Part shown: positions 27,301 through 40,734 of the stretch, in pieces | How positions within the stretch are numbered: position 1 is the stretch's first letter | How the letters are laid out: every line of letters begins with the position of its first letter | Notes under the pieces: generated by a model | Databases searched by the model: none | What the model was told of the DNA's origin: nothing | What the model saw: only the letters and a program-made list of their open reading frames with translations | Position numbers and translations under genes: made by a program | NCBI RefSeq assembly: GCF_964194025.1 | Contig: NC_134482.1 | Coordinates: 1,736,001 to 1,800,000, forward strand | Direction of reading: 5' to 3' | Source of the DNA: Convolutriloba macropyga | Taxonomy: Eukaryota | Length of the DNA stretch: 64,000 bases

Positions 27301-27889
27301 TACATCGCTAATTCAAACGGATGAACGCAAAAGCATTTATCTATTGTCTAAAAAATAACTTTCTCTCTCCCATTTTTTATGATAATTTTTCTTAGAAGTC
27401 TTTTCCTTAGAAGAGTTTAAAAAACGAAATGACATTAATAAAACCTCTATCTGTAAACGATGGTCAGATTTGGTCATTTAAGTTTTTGCAAAACAACTAT
27501 TATGTTCAGGGGAACAGTTCTGTTTCAATCCACAGCTTAGCGGGCAATTATTTACGTCCACTAGGCGCACGTGATTTGTTTTGCATTCTAACGTTCTATA
27601 CAACAACACATAAATTGTAATTGAGAGCATGAAAACACTGGGGATGGAAACAAAATAGATCCGGTTTAGGTCTGTTCATAGCTGCCACTGCCTTGTTTAT
27701 TTTTGCGCCTAAATTGTCATTGATAAATTACTTTATGCTTTTGAACCTAAGGAATTGTGAATGAAAAACCTTGCTATTATAACACTAAAATGTTTTTTTT
27801 TGTATCGAAATTCACCATATCATCATATTCACCATAGCTAAACTTTTTTTTAATATACCTGTCAAACTCAATTGATTTACTTTTGTCTT

Positions 27890-30800
27890 AGCGGTGCGAA
27901 AAGAGAACTTTACTTTTAGATTGTTTTCGCCGCGCAAAATACATGTCTAAGTTTTGGTCTCACATCTGCAGCGCAAATTAAAAAGAAAGTTTGTCAACTG
28001 ATTTGAACTGGTTAATTGAAAAGAATGAAAAGTGAAGTGCCTAACAACAAAAGTATTCATGAACAGATAAGAATTATCAGGCAACGGAAATCGAAAGAGG
28101 AGTGAACAGAAATTAACTCAAACAAAAAGAAAATAAAAAAAGACGTTTGATTAAGATAAAGAAAAAAGGGCAAACTAAATGGAGCTAAAGCTGCATCATA
28201 TCAATTTTAGTGCACTGAATTTTTTAATGATGTCCACGTATCACAGAAGCCGAGAAAATTGATTAAAATTGTACAATAAGAAAAATTTTATTAATATAAA
28301 CAAATTTTCAAAGTTAATTTTTAGTCCCCGGTAAATTATATTATTACAGTATACTCAGTGGCTACGATAGCTTGTGATAGATAGTAAAAATATTTTTATA
28401 TAACCTTCCAGAACATTTTATCCTGAATCGTTATTTAACTCTGCTACAGTAATTGAAGTTATGTCGTCATCCGGTGCCGGGCTCTTGTTATCATACATAT
28501 ATCTCACTCGCGGATCTAGGGGGAGACCATTCTCCAATGACAAAAGAGGTATTTTTTCCTCAGGCGCTTGCTCTGCAGTTGCCTGAACCGTTTCGATCAC
28601 AGATGTGTATGGTGGTTGAACATTCTCCACTTCTCCAGTTCTGCGTTTTTGTGTGGGAGAAGCAGTGATTGCGATGTCCGGTAACGATTCAAAATTTCCA
28701 TAGTACTTTGGTTTCTCCTAATTTGCCCACTAGCACATTGGTCCTTGTTTGTATTTCGTTCAGAGGAGGGAAACTTGTAGAGCAGAGGAAGTTAAATTTG
28801 GATTTTTTGAAAGAGGTGAATCGACCAGCGATTCCTCATTGATTTCAGTATTGCAATCTGTAACGGCCGCAAAGTAGGCAGCTTTTAGGACGCTATATTA
28901 GATTGTGAAGAGAAAGCTCAGCTGCCATGTTCACTTTTCCTATATTTTACCGTTTTGTTATCTTTAAGCTTTCGTGTATCTCCCCTTACATGACTCTGTA
29001 TTTTCGCCTGTGTTAGATTCTCGCTGGAACGGAATCCACAACAATCTGCAAAAACCTTGAGAGGAATTTGGTGCTGGAGCTTGGTGCCAAAGTTTGCAAT
29101 ATTGAACTGCTACCACTGGTTTAACCGGCTCTTTTTTCTTCGAGGTGGTAGGGCTTACTTTCACAATGATGGAGCCCAGGGACTTCAAGATTTTCTTTAG
29201 ACCTTTTCTTTCCGTGAATTAGTCGGGCCCGTTTGAGATGTACAGCCCGTTCAGAGATGAAATTTTGGTGGCAGAGGTTGAAACGTTCGAAACTTTATTT
29301 GCCGATTTTGCTGTTTTTCTCACGTTCATTTGCGTCACGTGTAGCCCTGGTCATTCTCTTCTCAATTCGATATTACTCCGATATCCGTTTACCCGTTTCT
29401 CATCTGGGAGAACAACCTCTGGTTGAACTCTATCTTCATCTAAACAGTACTTGGTAAGGCCCTCGTAAAAGATAGTAGACATTTTAGGTGTAGTACATAT
29501 TACGCTCAGGGAGCTATTAAGTTTTCTACCAGAGTGTGCTATGAAGGGCGAGATCATTGTTCTTTTTGTTAACACATTTGCAGTTGGTGAATTATTATCT
29601 TCAATGCCTGCTTTATGTTGAACGACTTTAAAGCCTATACAGCTTCTTTGATACATATAAGTCTTTAACTAATAGTCTGTTTTAGTCTTTCTACCAATCC
29701 AATTGACAGCTGATTGTTAACTGGAGCCTAAATAATATCTATGTTTTTTCTATTACAAAATTTTTTTGACTAGATTTCCCACGAGACATTTTACTTGATC
29801 CAAATGGATTGTACTTGGTGTACCACGATTTTCAATCTACATGTTCAAAAGTTTTGTTGCTTTTGGACGCTTGCTTTTTCATGAAAAATGCTGTTGATTA
29901 TTTAGAAAAGCAATCTTTGGCAGCTAAAGAGTATATTTCGTCGCCTTCTTCGTCATGAATAGGTCCCTCAAAATCAGTTTGTAATTCCTGATTCGGTTGG
30001 ACACAAGGTATATGGGGGTTGAACTGCCAAACATCAATTACCGATAAGGGTTCTTACCGATTGCAGCGCAAGGTTTTCATTCAGGACCGGACGATCAATT
30101 CCCTATTCATATATTCACAATGTGCAGCCACAGATATCATCACCCAGATACCCGGGTGTCTAGTACGTACATTGTCGAGGAGTGCCTCCCGGAAGACGTT
30201 CGGGATGGCAATTTTTTTCGTCTATACACCAACGAGCATGCAGATCGCACATGTATGTCCCGCTAGTCGGAGTGATATTACTGATTTATTTGTTTTGGTC
30301 GTTTCTTGTTTTTACTGAGAACAAAGTCTTTCGCCTCTTTTAGAGCTCATTTTTGCTTGTAAGGCTTTTGCTAAAGATTTTCCTGCTATGTTATGAGGCT
30401 TTGGGACTTGAGCTTTATTTGTGAGTGGCGTGCTAACGTTTGATGAGGCAGCCGTCGAGTTGGGATTTGGCGTAGAATGGTTTTTCTAAGTTATCAAAAA
30501 TTTCCCCGTATCTACCCGGGACGAGCTTTTCTTGTTTTGTTTGGATAACATTGTGATTTTTTTTAAAAAGTTTGACTGATACTTATGAGGAGGCAACGAG
30601 TAGCAAATGGCGCAAAATGCACTAATTTTAATTTCGTTGTCTGATATTTGCAATTACGATAGAAAGGTCCTAAAATTTGGGAGAAGTTCTTAAATAGTTG
30701 CGTTTCTTGTTTGCTGGGTGTGCCTTTATTCCTAATTTGATGGGTATCAACGGATTGTGGTGGGTTTCGCCTGGCGAGTGATGTGGTAATTAAAAACTGT

Positions 30801-33377
30801 GGCGCGGAATGCGCATATTTGGAATAGTTAAAACTTTGAATGGTCTTTAAAGCTGGGTTTTGCTGAGCGGGTGACAAGTGGTAAGCATGCAAATGGTGAG
30901 TGAGTGGCAAGTGTGATAATTGAATTTATTGAGTTCAAACTAAAATCCTTCATTGTAATTTTTCGTGGTGCGGGATCATGTGTTTTAATAGGAGAATGTA
31001 AACGAGATGCAAATTGAATTAAATTTAACTTTAAGGACTGTTGGTTTATGGGATTTAGCAAGCGGAGAAAAATCGTTTTTAACTGAGTAGAAAAAAAATA
31101 ATCTAAAATTGAAAGAATAACAAGAAAGATATTTTACATCAGAATTTAGAGATTAACAGGAGAGATCTGATTATTAGTTCATGATGGTGATTTGATTTTG
31201 GGGACAAAAACGATCATTAAAATCAGCTGTATATATACTCATTATAAGTGCGAGAAAGTCAAGATACAAATCTAACCTTAGCACCATGATTTACAGTGGG
31301 GGGTTGCAAGGGTTACATAAAATGGTTTGCGTCTGCAAATTTCCCAGTAATCAGTCGCAGGGGGTACCATAGGTGGTATGCGTTTACACTTTTCGAATAC
31401 CGATGGTATCTAATCATTCAATACACGCGGGGAAGGTTTCACATCAAATAATCTCACTCTAATATTAGTTATCTAGATTCACCATTGTGAAACGAATATT
31501 GATTCTAAGCCCCCTTTCTTGACCCATCATTCTTATAATTGCTCTGATCAAAATCAATTTGGTTTTTTCTCTCTAATCTGGTAAGTGAAACTTTCTTTCT
31601 AATTCTCACTAAGTTTAAGACAATAGTTTGATAGATATTCTAACACGCCCACTAAGACTTGAGCTGATTGCGTAGAGTCTGTTCCCATCAAAACAGTTCC
31701 GAATGATTCCACCTGCGATACGTGAAGATTTTGTGAAGATGACGGCTGCCATTTTGTCAGAAGGAGTGTAATGAATTGAAATAGTCCCATCTACCGTCTT
31801 TTACCTAATGAAGTAAAATTTCGTCTCTATGTGTTTGATCCTCTTGTGTATGACTGGGTTTTGGGCCTTTTTTCTAAACGTTTCCTCATTAAATCTGCGC
31901 TGACAACCAAAAACACTAATTTCATGCGCGTTTTTAGTGCCTTTGCTAACTATTAAAACAAAATCTATGGAACAATAAGTGTTTTTAGTTTAATCAAAAT
32001 ATAATCCGTTCAATTTTGATATTTCGCATGCATATCAGCAAGGACAAAAACGTAGTTTGAAATCTTAAACTGCCTGTGACATCGCCGCTTATCATGTTGC
32101 AGTTACCATAATTAGCATTTTCAGGATGTAATTTTAATTAGCTGTTTGCTTTTTCGAGAACACTTCATAAAAAATAGTAATGTTTTGCGGTGCGGGATCA
32201 AAGATTTGCTGAGATATTATTTCGATTAACGTCTCTATATTAGGCATCTGGTATTTGTTTTTGTGTATAGCCCTATTAGGATTTTTCCAATCGAGTGCCA
32301 GTTTAATGGATTGATCTTTCTTCACTGTGTCTACTTTTAGAAAAAAAAACTAATCTGCACAATTTGTGAGTTTTGTGATACTTTCTTCGTTTAATACTTT
32401 AGTAACTTTTGTGTTTAATTTACTGTGTTTACTACCCATTCGTTGTTTTGGTTGGATGTGTTCATGAAAATTTGATTTTTCAACCTGATTTTTTGATCCA
32501 AAGCCCGTTATCGACTCGGGGAACTGGGTTGGTACTTTTTCTTTCGTAGCGCATAGTGTAGTAATAGCATTTCCTTGATTACCTGGTGTAGGTTGATTTT
32601 GTGTAACGGCAAGTCCGAGTTGGCCAAAGGGACAGCGGCCGATTAGTGACCCGAGGCCGCCCGCTACTACCGTGATTTCTGACGTTTAAATATACCAACC
32701 CTTGATTGTCACCGGGGTTCGGATTTTTCTTTTGGTGTTTATAGGTTCGTTCGAAAAAGTGCACAATTGTGACTTGTTTGATTCGTCCTCCCAGATGGCT
32801 TACAAAATACTTTTCAAAATGCTGCATGCACTTTTTGAATCAACCAATAGGTTTAGATAGCTGTTTTCATTTGGCATGTTCAGTGGCTCGATTTTTTGAC
32901 ACTGTCGTTGATTGTAGTCACAATGTTCTTGTACCCACTGCTATAACAGGATTTTTATAATTTGTTGTTTTGTGACCAATGCTCTTAATTGATAGAGTTT
33001 TTCCAGCCTTCGTCTTCGGGCGCGAAAAGACTAACCTGTTTTTGGATTGGATTTCGCACCGCAAATACTTGTCTAAGATTTTGCCTCAACTTTGCAGCTC
33101 GAAATCAAAAGATATTTTCACAACTCAATTTAACTTTTCGAATTAGGAGAATGAAAACTGAAGTGCTTATCAACAAATCATCAACAAATGATCATGCAGC
33201 GGGAAGTGAAATAGGAAACAACAGACGGCAAGTTAAACAACTGAGAAACTTTAAATGAGGTCTGATTAGGAGAATGATATGAAGGGCAAACTAAAATGAA
33301 CTAAAAACTGCATCATTTTAGTTTTAAAGCATTATTTATGAACATAAATCAATTATTTATGATGTCCAGGTATCACA
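27890..33377 (-). mobile_element. Decayed Gypsy/Ty3 LTR retrotransposon flanked by diverged LTR-like direct repeats (about 27890-28245 and 33015-33377)
   Basis: RT KKDQSIKLALD...AIHKNKYQMPNIETLI (32134-32325); integrase Zn-binding-like ...RHPGIW... and PCVQPNQELQTDFEGPI (~29960-30210). Both repeats end ATGATGTCCA.GTATCACA on +, i.e. TGTGATAC on -. Confidence 0.8.
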
Positions 33378-33907
33378 ATACATTTGCCTCTATATTATCT
33401 TCATTTTTAAAATATTTTTTTTTCTGCCTGAATACCCAGTGTGAGATATCCCCGTATAACACTGAAAAGTAGTAAGTGCTTAGTATTTCTGCTCAGAACT
33501 TATGTTTTTGAAAGATCTGAAAAGATAGAACTGAAATTTCGACAACAGTAAGATGTTCGGGAATTATTTCAGAATGATAAAATTAAATACTACTCGAATT
33601 ACGCTATTGCACCATTTTAAATTGCATTTCAACTACAACTATCAAGCTCAGTAACATTTTCTATGGCTATTAAAGGAACCAGAACATAGTTCATTCATAG
33701 TGAACAAAACATAAGCCGCACTCTTTTATATATGAAATTAGTTGCTTGTTGTTGGCAATGCTATTGAGCAAAAAAGGTGTATTGATGCCCTCCCAGGTTT
33801 CACCAAAAAAACGAGAAAAGAAAGGAAAGCGTGTAAAAAAATAACTTTTCACCCATATTTCTCCTCTTAGTGCTTATCAGATAAGTCTCTTATAAGTCTC
33901 TTTAATT

Positions 33908-36900
33908 AAAACAAATGAAGCGTAGGTTTTCGTCGGTTTCAAAATTTAAGAGGAGTTAGTTTTCGTAGGTTTTAAAATGTAAAAAGCGTCGGTTTTCATC
34001 GGTTTTGAACGTAAGAAGCGTCGGTTTTCGTCGGTTTCAAAATATAAGAAGCGCTGGTTTTTGTAGGTTTCAAAACGTAAGAAGCGTCGGTTTTCGTCGG
34101 TTTCCAAAAGTAAGAAGCGTTGGTTTTCGTAGGTTTCAAAACGTAGGAAGCATCGGTTTTCGTCGGTTTTAAACGTAAGGAGCGTCGGTTTTCGTCGGTT
34201 TCAAAATGTAAGAAGCGCTGGTTTTCGTAGGTTTCAAAACCTAAGAAGCGTCGGTTTTCATCGATTTTAAACCTATGAAGCGTCGGTTTTAAACGTAACA
34301 AGCGTTGGTTTTTCCTGGGTTTCAAAATGTAAGAAGTTTTGATTTTCGTAGGTTTCAAAACGTATGAAGCATCGGTTTTCGTCGCTTTTAAACGTAAGAA
34401 GCGTCGGTTTTCGTCGGTTTCAAAATGTAAGAAGCTTTGATTTTCGTAGATTTCAAAACGTATGAAGCGTCGGTTTTCGTCGGTTTCAAAATGTAAGAAG
34501 CGTTGGTTTTCGTATGTTTCAAAACGTAAGAAGCGTTGATTTTTGTAGTTTTCAAAACGTATGAAGCATCGGTTTTCGTCGCTTTTAAACGTAAGAAGTG
34601 CTGGTTTTCGTAGGTTGCAAAACGTAAGAAGCGTCGGTTTCCATCGATTTTAAACGTAAGAAGCGTCGTTTTTCGTCGGTTTCAAAATGTAAGAAGCTTT
34701 GGTTTTCGTAGATTTCAAAACATATGAAGCGTCCGTTTTCGTCGGTTTTAAACGTATGAAGCGTCGGTTTTTGTCGGCTTCAAAATATAAGAGGCCCTGG
34801 TTCTCGTAGATTTCAAAACGTATGAAGCGTCGGTTTTCGTCGGTTTCAAAATGTAAGAAGCGCTGGTTTTCGTAGGTTTCAAAACGTAGGAAGCGTCGGT
34901 TTTCATCGATTTTAAACCTATGAAGCGTCGGTTTTAAACGTAACAAGCGTTGGTTTTTCCTGGGTTTCAAAATGTAAGAAGTTTTGATTTTCGTAGGTTT
35001 CAAAACGTATGAAGCATCGGTTTTCGTCGCTTTTAAACGTAAGAAGCGTCGGTTTTCGTCGGTTTTAAACGTAAGGAGCGTCGGTTTTCGTCGGTTTGAA
35101 AATGTAAGAAGCGCTGGTTTGCGTAGGTTTCAAAACCTAAGAAGCGTCGGTTTTCATCGATTTTAAACCTATGAAGCGTCGGTTTTAAACGTAACAAGCG
35201 TTGGTTTTTCCTGGGTTTCAAAATGTAAGAAGTTTTGATTTTCGTAGGTTTCAAAACGTATGAAGCATCGGTTTTCGTCGCTTTTAAACGTAAGAAGCGT
35301 CGGTTTTCGTCGGTTTCAAAATGTAAGAAGCTTTGATTTTCGTAGATTTCAAAACGTATGAAGTGTCGGTTTTCGTCGGTTTCAAAATGTAAGAAGCGTT
35401 GGTTTTCGTATGTTTCAAAACGTAAGAAGCGTTGATTTTTGTAGTTTTCAAAACGTATGAAGCATCGGTTTTCGTCGCTTTTAAACGTAAGAAGCGCTGG
35501 TTTTTGTAGGTTTCAAAACGTAAGAAGCGTCGATTTTCATCGGTTTTAAACTTAAGAGGCGTCGGTTTATGTCGGTTTCAAAATGTAAGGTGCGCTGGTT
35601 TTCGTAGGTTGCAAAACGTAAGAAGCGTCGGTTTCCATCGATTTTAAACTTAAGAAGCGTCGTTTTTTGTCGGTTTCAAAATGTAAGAAGCTTTGGTTTT
35701 CGTAGATTTCAAAACGTATGAAGCGTCCGTTTTCGTCGGTTTTAAACGTATGAGGCGTCGGTTTTTGTCGGCTTCAAAATGTAAGAGGCCCTGGTTCTCG
35801 TAGATTTCAAAACGTATGAAGCGTCGGTTTTCGTCGGTTTCAAAATGTAAGAAGCGCTGGTTTTTGTAGGTTTCATAACCTAAGAAGCGTCGGTTTTCAT
35901 CGATTTTAAACGTATGAAGCGTCGGTTTTAAATGTAACAAGCGTCGGTTTTCCTCGGTTTCAAAATGTAAGAAGCGTTGGTTTTCGTAGGTTTCAAAACG
36001 TAAGAAGCGTCGGTTTTCGTCGGTTTTAAACGTAAGGCGCGTCGGTTTTTGTCGGTTTCAAAATGTAAGAAGCGTTGGTTTTCGTATGTTTCAAAAAGTA
36101 AGAAGCGTTGATTTTTGTAGTTTTCAAAACGTATGAAGCATCGGTTTTCGTCGCTTTTAAACGTAAGAAGCGCTGGTTTTTGTAGGTTTCAAAACGTAAG
36201 AAGCATCGGTTTTCATCGGTTTTAAACTTAAGAGGCGTCGGTTTATGTCGGTTTCAAAATGTAAGATGCGCTGGTTTTCGTAGGTTTCAAAACGTAAGAA
36301 GCGTCGGTTTCCATTGATTTTAAACGTAAGAAGCGTCGTTTTTCGTCGGTTTCAAAATGTAAGAAGCTTCGGTTTTCGTAGAATTCAAAACGTATGAAAC
36401 GTCGGTTTTCGTCAGGTTTAAACGTAGGAAGCGTCGGTTTTTGTCGGCTTCAAAATGTAAGAGGCCTTGGTTCTCGTAGATTTCAAAACGTATGAAGCGT
36501 CGGTTTTCGTCGGATTCAAAATAAAAGAAGCGCTGGTTTTCGTAGGTTTCAAAACCTAAGAAGCCTCGGTTTTCATTGATTTTAAACGTATGAAGCGTCA
36601 GTTTTAAACGTAACAAGCGTCGGTTTTCCTCAGTTTCAAAATGTAAGAAGTGTTGATTTTCGTAGGTTTCAAAACGTATGAAGCATCGGTTTTCGTCGCT
36701 TTTAAACGTAAGAAGCGTCGGTTTTCGTCGGTTTCAAAATGTAGGAAGCTTTGGTTTTCGTATGTTTCAAAACGTAAGAAGCGTCGGTTTTCGTCGGTTT
36801 TAAACGTAAGAAGCGTTGGTTTTTGTCTGTTTCAAAATATAAGAAGCGTTCGTTTTCGTAGGTTTCAAAACGTAAGAAGCGTCGGTTTTCGTCGGTTTTA

Positions 36901-39680
36901 AACGTAAGGAGCGTCGGTTTTCGTCGGTTTCAAAATGTAAGAAGCGTTGAATTTAGTATGTTTCAAAACATAAGAAGCGTTGATTTTTGTAGGTTTCAAA
37001 ACGTAAGAAGCATCGGTTTTCATCGGTTTTAAACGTAAGAGGCGTCGGTTTATGTCGGTTTCAAAAAGTAAGATGCGCTGGTTTTCGTAGGTTTCAAAAC
37101 GTAAGAAGCGTCGGTTTCCATCAATTTTAAACGTAAGAAGCGTCGTTTTTCGTCGGTTTCAAAATGTAAGAAGCTTTGGTTTTCGTAGATTTCAAAAAGT
37201 ATGAAGCGTCGGTTTTCGTCGGTTTTAAACGTAAGAAGCGTCGGTTTTTGTCGGCTTCAAAATGTAAGAAGCCTTGGTTCTCGTAGATCTCAAAACGTAT
37301 GAAGCGTCGGTTTTCGTCGGTTTCAAAATGGAAGAAGCGCTGGTTTTCGTAGGTTTCAAAACCTAAGAAGCGTCGGTTTTCATCGATTTTAAACGTATGA
37401 AGCGTCGGTTTTAAAAAGTAACAAGCGTCGGTTTTCCTCGGTTTTAAAATGTAAGAAGTGTTGATTTTCGTAGGTTTCAAAACGTAAGAAGCATTGGTTT
37501 TCGTCGCTTTTAAACGTAAGAAGCGTCAGTTTTCGTCGGTTTCAAAATGTAAGAAGCTTTGGTTTTCGTAAGTTTCAAAACGTAAGAAGCGTCGGTTTTC
37601 GTCGGTTTTAAACGTAAGAAGCGTCGGTTTTCGTCTGTTTCAAAATATAAGAAGCGTTAGTTTTTGTAGGTTTCAAAACGTAAGAAGCGTCGGTTTTCGT
37701 CGGTTTTAAACGTAAGGAGCGTCGGTTTTCGTCGGTTTCAAAATGTAAGAAGCGCTGGTTTTTGTAGGTTTCAAAACCTAAGAAGCGTCGGTTTTCATCG
37801 ATTTTAAACGTTAGAAGCGTCGGTTTTTGTCGGTTTCAAATTGTAAGAAGCTTTGGTTTTCGTAGGTTTCAAAACGTATGAAGCACCGGTTTTATACGTA
37901 AGAAGCGTCGGTTTTCGTTGGTTTCAAAATGTAAGAAGATTTGGTTTTCATAGGTTTTAAACGTAAGAGGCGTCGGTTTATGTCGGTTTCAAAAAGTAAG
38001 ATGCGCTGGTTTTCGTAGGTTTCAAAACGTAAGAAGCGTCGGTTTCCATCAATTTTAAACGTAAGAAGCGTCGTTTTTCGTCGGTTTCAAAATGTAAGAA
38101 GCTTTGGTTTTCGTAGATTTCAAAAAGTATGAAGCGTCGGTTTTCGTCGGTTTTAAACGTAAGAAGCGTCGGTTTTTGTCGGCTTCAAAATGTAAGAAGC
38201 CTTGGTTCTCGTAGATCTCAAAACGTATGAAGCGTCGGTTTTCGTCGGTTTCAAAATGTAAGAAGCGCTGGTTTTCGTAGGTTTCAAAACCTAAGAAGCG
38301 TCGGTTTTCATCGATTTTAAACGTATGAAGCGTCGGTTTTAAAAAGTAACAAGCGTCGGTTTTCCTCGGTTTTAAAATGTAAGAAGTGTTGATTTTCGTA
38401 GGTTTCAAAACGTAAGAAGCATTGGTTTTCGTCGCTTTTAAACGTAAGAAGCGTCAGTTTTCGTCGGTTTCAAAATGTAAGAAGCTTTGGTTTTCGTAAG
38501 TTTCAAAACGTAAGAAGCGTCGGTTTTCGTCGGTTTTAAACGTAAGAAGCGTCGGTTTTCGTCTGTTTCAAAATATAAGAAGCGTTCGTTTTTGTAGGTT
38601 TCAAAACGTAAGAAGCGTCGGTTTTCGTCGGTTTTAAACGTAAGGAGCGTCGGTTTTCGTCGGTTTCAAAATGTAAGAAGCGCTGGTTTTTGTAGGTTTC
38701 AAAACCTAAGAAGCGTCGGTTTTCATCGATTTTAAACGTTAGAAGCGTCGGTTTTTGTCGGTTTCAAATTGTAAGAAGCTTTGGTTTTCGTAGGTTTCAA
38801 AACGTATGAAGCACCGGTTTTATACGTAAGAAGCGTCGGTTTTCGTTGGTTTCAAAATGTAAGAAGATTCGGTTTTCATCGGTTTCAAAACGTAAGAAGC
38901 GTCGGTTTTCGTCGGTTTCAAAATGTAAAAAGCGTCGGTTTTCGTCGGTTTCAAAATGTAAGAAGCTTTGGTTTTTGTAGTATTCAAAACGTAAGAGACG
39001 TCGGTTTTCGTTGGTTTTAACGTAAGAAGCCTCGGTTTTTGTCGGTTTCAAAATAAAAGAAGCCTTGCTTTTCGTAGGTTTCAAAACGTATGAAGTGTTG
39101 GTTTTCGTCGGTTTTAAACGTAGGAAGCGTCGGTTTTCGTCTGTTTCAAAATATAAGAAGCGTTGGTTTTCGCAGGTTTCAAAACGTAAGAAGCACCGGT
39201 TTTAAACGTAAGGAGCGTCGGTTTTTGTCGGTTTCAAAATAAAAGAAGCGTTGCTTTTCGTAGGTTTCAAAACGTAAGAAGCGTTGGTTTTCGTCGGCTT
39301 TAAACGTAAGAAGCGTCGGTTTTCGTCGGTTTCAAAATTAAAGAAGCCTTGCTTTTCGTAGGTTTCAAAATGTAAGAAGCGTCGGTCTTCGTCGGTTTTA
39401 ACCGTAAGAAGCCTCGGTTTTCGTCAGTTTCAAAATAAAAGAAGCCTTGCGTTTCATAGGTTTCAAAACGTAAGAAGCGTCGGTTTTTGTCGGTTTTAAT
39501 CGTAAGAAGCGTCGGTTTTTGTCTGTTTCAAAATATAAGAAGCGTTGATTTTCGTAGGTTTCAAAACGTAAGAAGCGTCGGTTTTCGTCGGTTTTAAACG
39601 TAAGGAGCGTCGGTTTTTGTCGGTTTCAAATTGTAAGAAGCGTTGATTTTCGTAGGTTTCAAAACGTACGAAGCGTCGAA
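33908..39680. repeat. Tandem satellite, 33-bp (with 32-bp variant) monomer, about 5.8 kb, with higher-order structure
   Basis: Consensus AAAACGTAAGAAGCGTCGGTTTTCGTCGGTTTC; 11-aa periodicity in spurious ORFs; near-identical blocks offset by 928 bp. Confidence 0.97.
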
Positions 39681-40084
39681 TGTCGTCCACTAGTGGCAGA
39701 ATGGTATAGAATAAGACATATTTAATATATTGGTGTAAATTACAACCCAAATTACACTCTTTGCAAAAAGTGAAAGCAATCGATCATTATCTTGAGCATA
39801 TGTTCAGAAAGCATACATCAATGCAACGTCTTAAATTTCGTGCTGATGTATACATCATAATCTCAAGTTATCTGATTTTTGTTTCATGACGCAGATGAAG
39901 ATGTTACAAAACAAATTTTTTTTCTTCAAAACTAAAAAAAATTTTTTTATTAAAAACTTTATATAAATAGTTTATTGGATTTGTTTTTACGATGATTTGT
40001 TATCAACTGCAATAATTTTTCTTGAAAGTTGTAATCCGTTTCAAAAATTGGTGACTTCTAGAATTCATTAATGCCCCAGGCTGA

Positions 40085-40429
40085 GGTTCCAGAATGAAAG
40101 TCGATATGTCTAGACCGAAATGAACGCACGAAGGGGTCGTCGTGCGTTCAAAATTACACGGTCTGGAAACACGGATGAACGCACGATGGTCCGGACTTGG
40201 ACGCACCAAAACTTTGGTTTTGGAACGCACGAATTTGATTTGGAGCGCACGATGGTCTGGACAAGAACGCACGAAAGTCTGGACTATATACGCTTTTGGT
40301 CTGGGATGGTCTGGACATATTCGACTTAACGCACGAAGAACGCAATGAAAGTTTTGAACGCGCGATAGTCTGAACATAGGCACTTTCCGTCTCGGACGGT
40401 CTGGACATATCGACTTTCGGTCCGGCACC
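40085..40429. mobile_element. MITE with about 33-bp TIRs and internal GGTCTGGA/AACGCACGA repeats (GG...CC ends, MULE-like)
   Basis: GGTTCCAGAATGAAAGTCGATATGTCTAGACCG vs the reverse complement of CGGTCTGGACATATCGACTTTCGGTCCGGCACC; no TSD seen. Confidence 0.7.
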
Positions 40430-40497
40430 TCTGTGTTCTTTTTCATCATGCAAAATTACCAGCTGCACCTTGAAATTTTAGTTTGGTTATTCTTCAG

Positions 40498-40540
40498 ACA
40501 GTCACCATGAAGTGGTGAATTTTCAACCCACATATTTTGT
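40498..40540 (+). CDS. Candidate actin-like micro-exon: (D)SHHEVVNFQPTYF; 3' boundary uncertain
   Basis: TTCTTCAG acceptor; start phase fits the previous exon; HEVVNFQP resembles actin HPVLLTEAP. The donor phase does not directly match the exon at 42349. Confidence 0.45.
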
Positions 40541-40734
40541 GTAAATTTCTCTGGGCAGTGAAACTATGAAAGATTTCAATTAAGATCAAAACTCACGAGC
40601 GAAGAACTTTCACCCAAGATTTTCACCGCACTCACTACATTCAAAGCTAGAATTACAGAACTCAAGATGACTGTCCAAAGCGAATTCAGACAAATTCATG
40701 CGGCGAATTGAAGTAAGATGTCCTCCCTAGTCGA

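Noticed and set aside
33497-33547. Exon-like segment TYVFERSEKIELKFRQ with AG/GTAAG borders
   Set aside because: Phase 2-2 does not fit the neighbouring exons and there is no actin similarity.
33908-39680. CRISPR array or repetitive protein genes (many LKPTKTDASY / ETDENRRF ORFs)
   Set aside because: Monomers are contiguous with no unique spacers and no cas genes; 32/33-bp variants shift frame constantly, so the ORFs are by-products.
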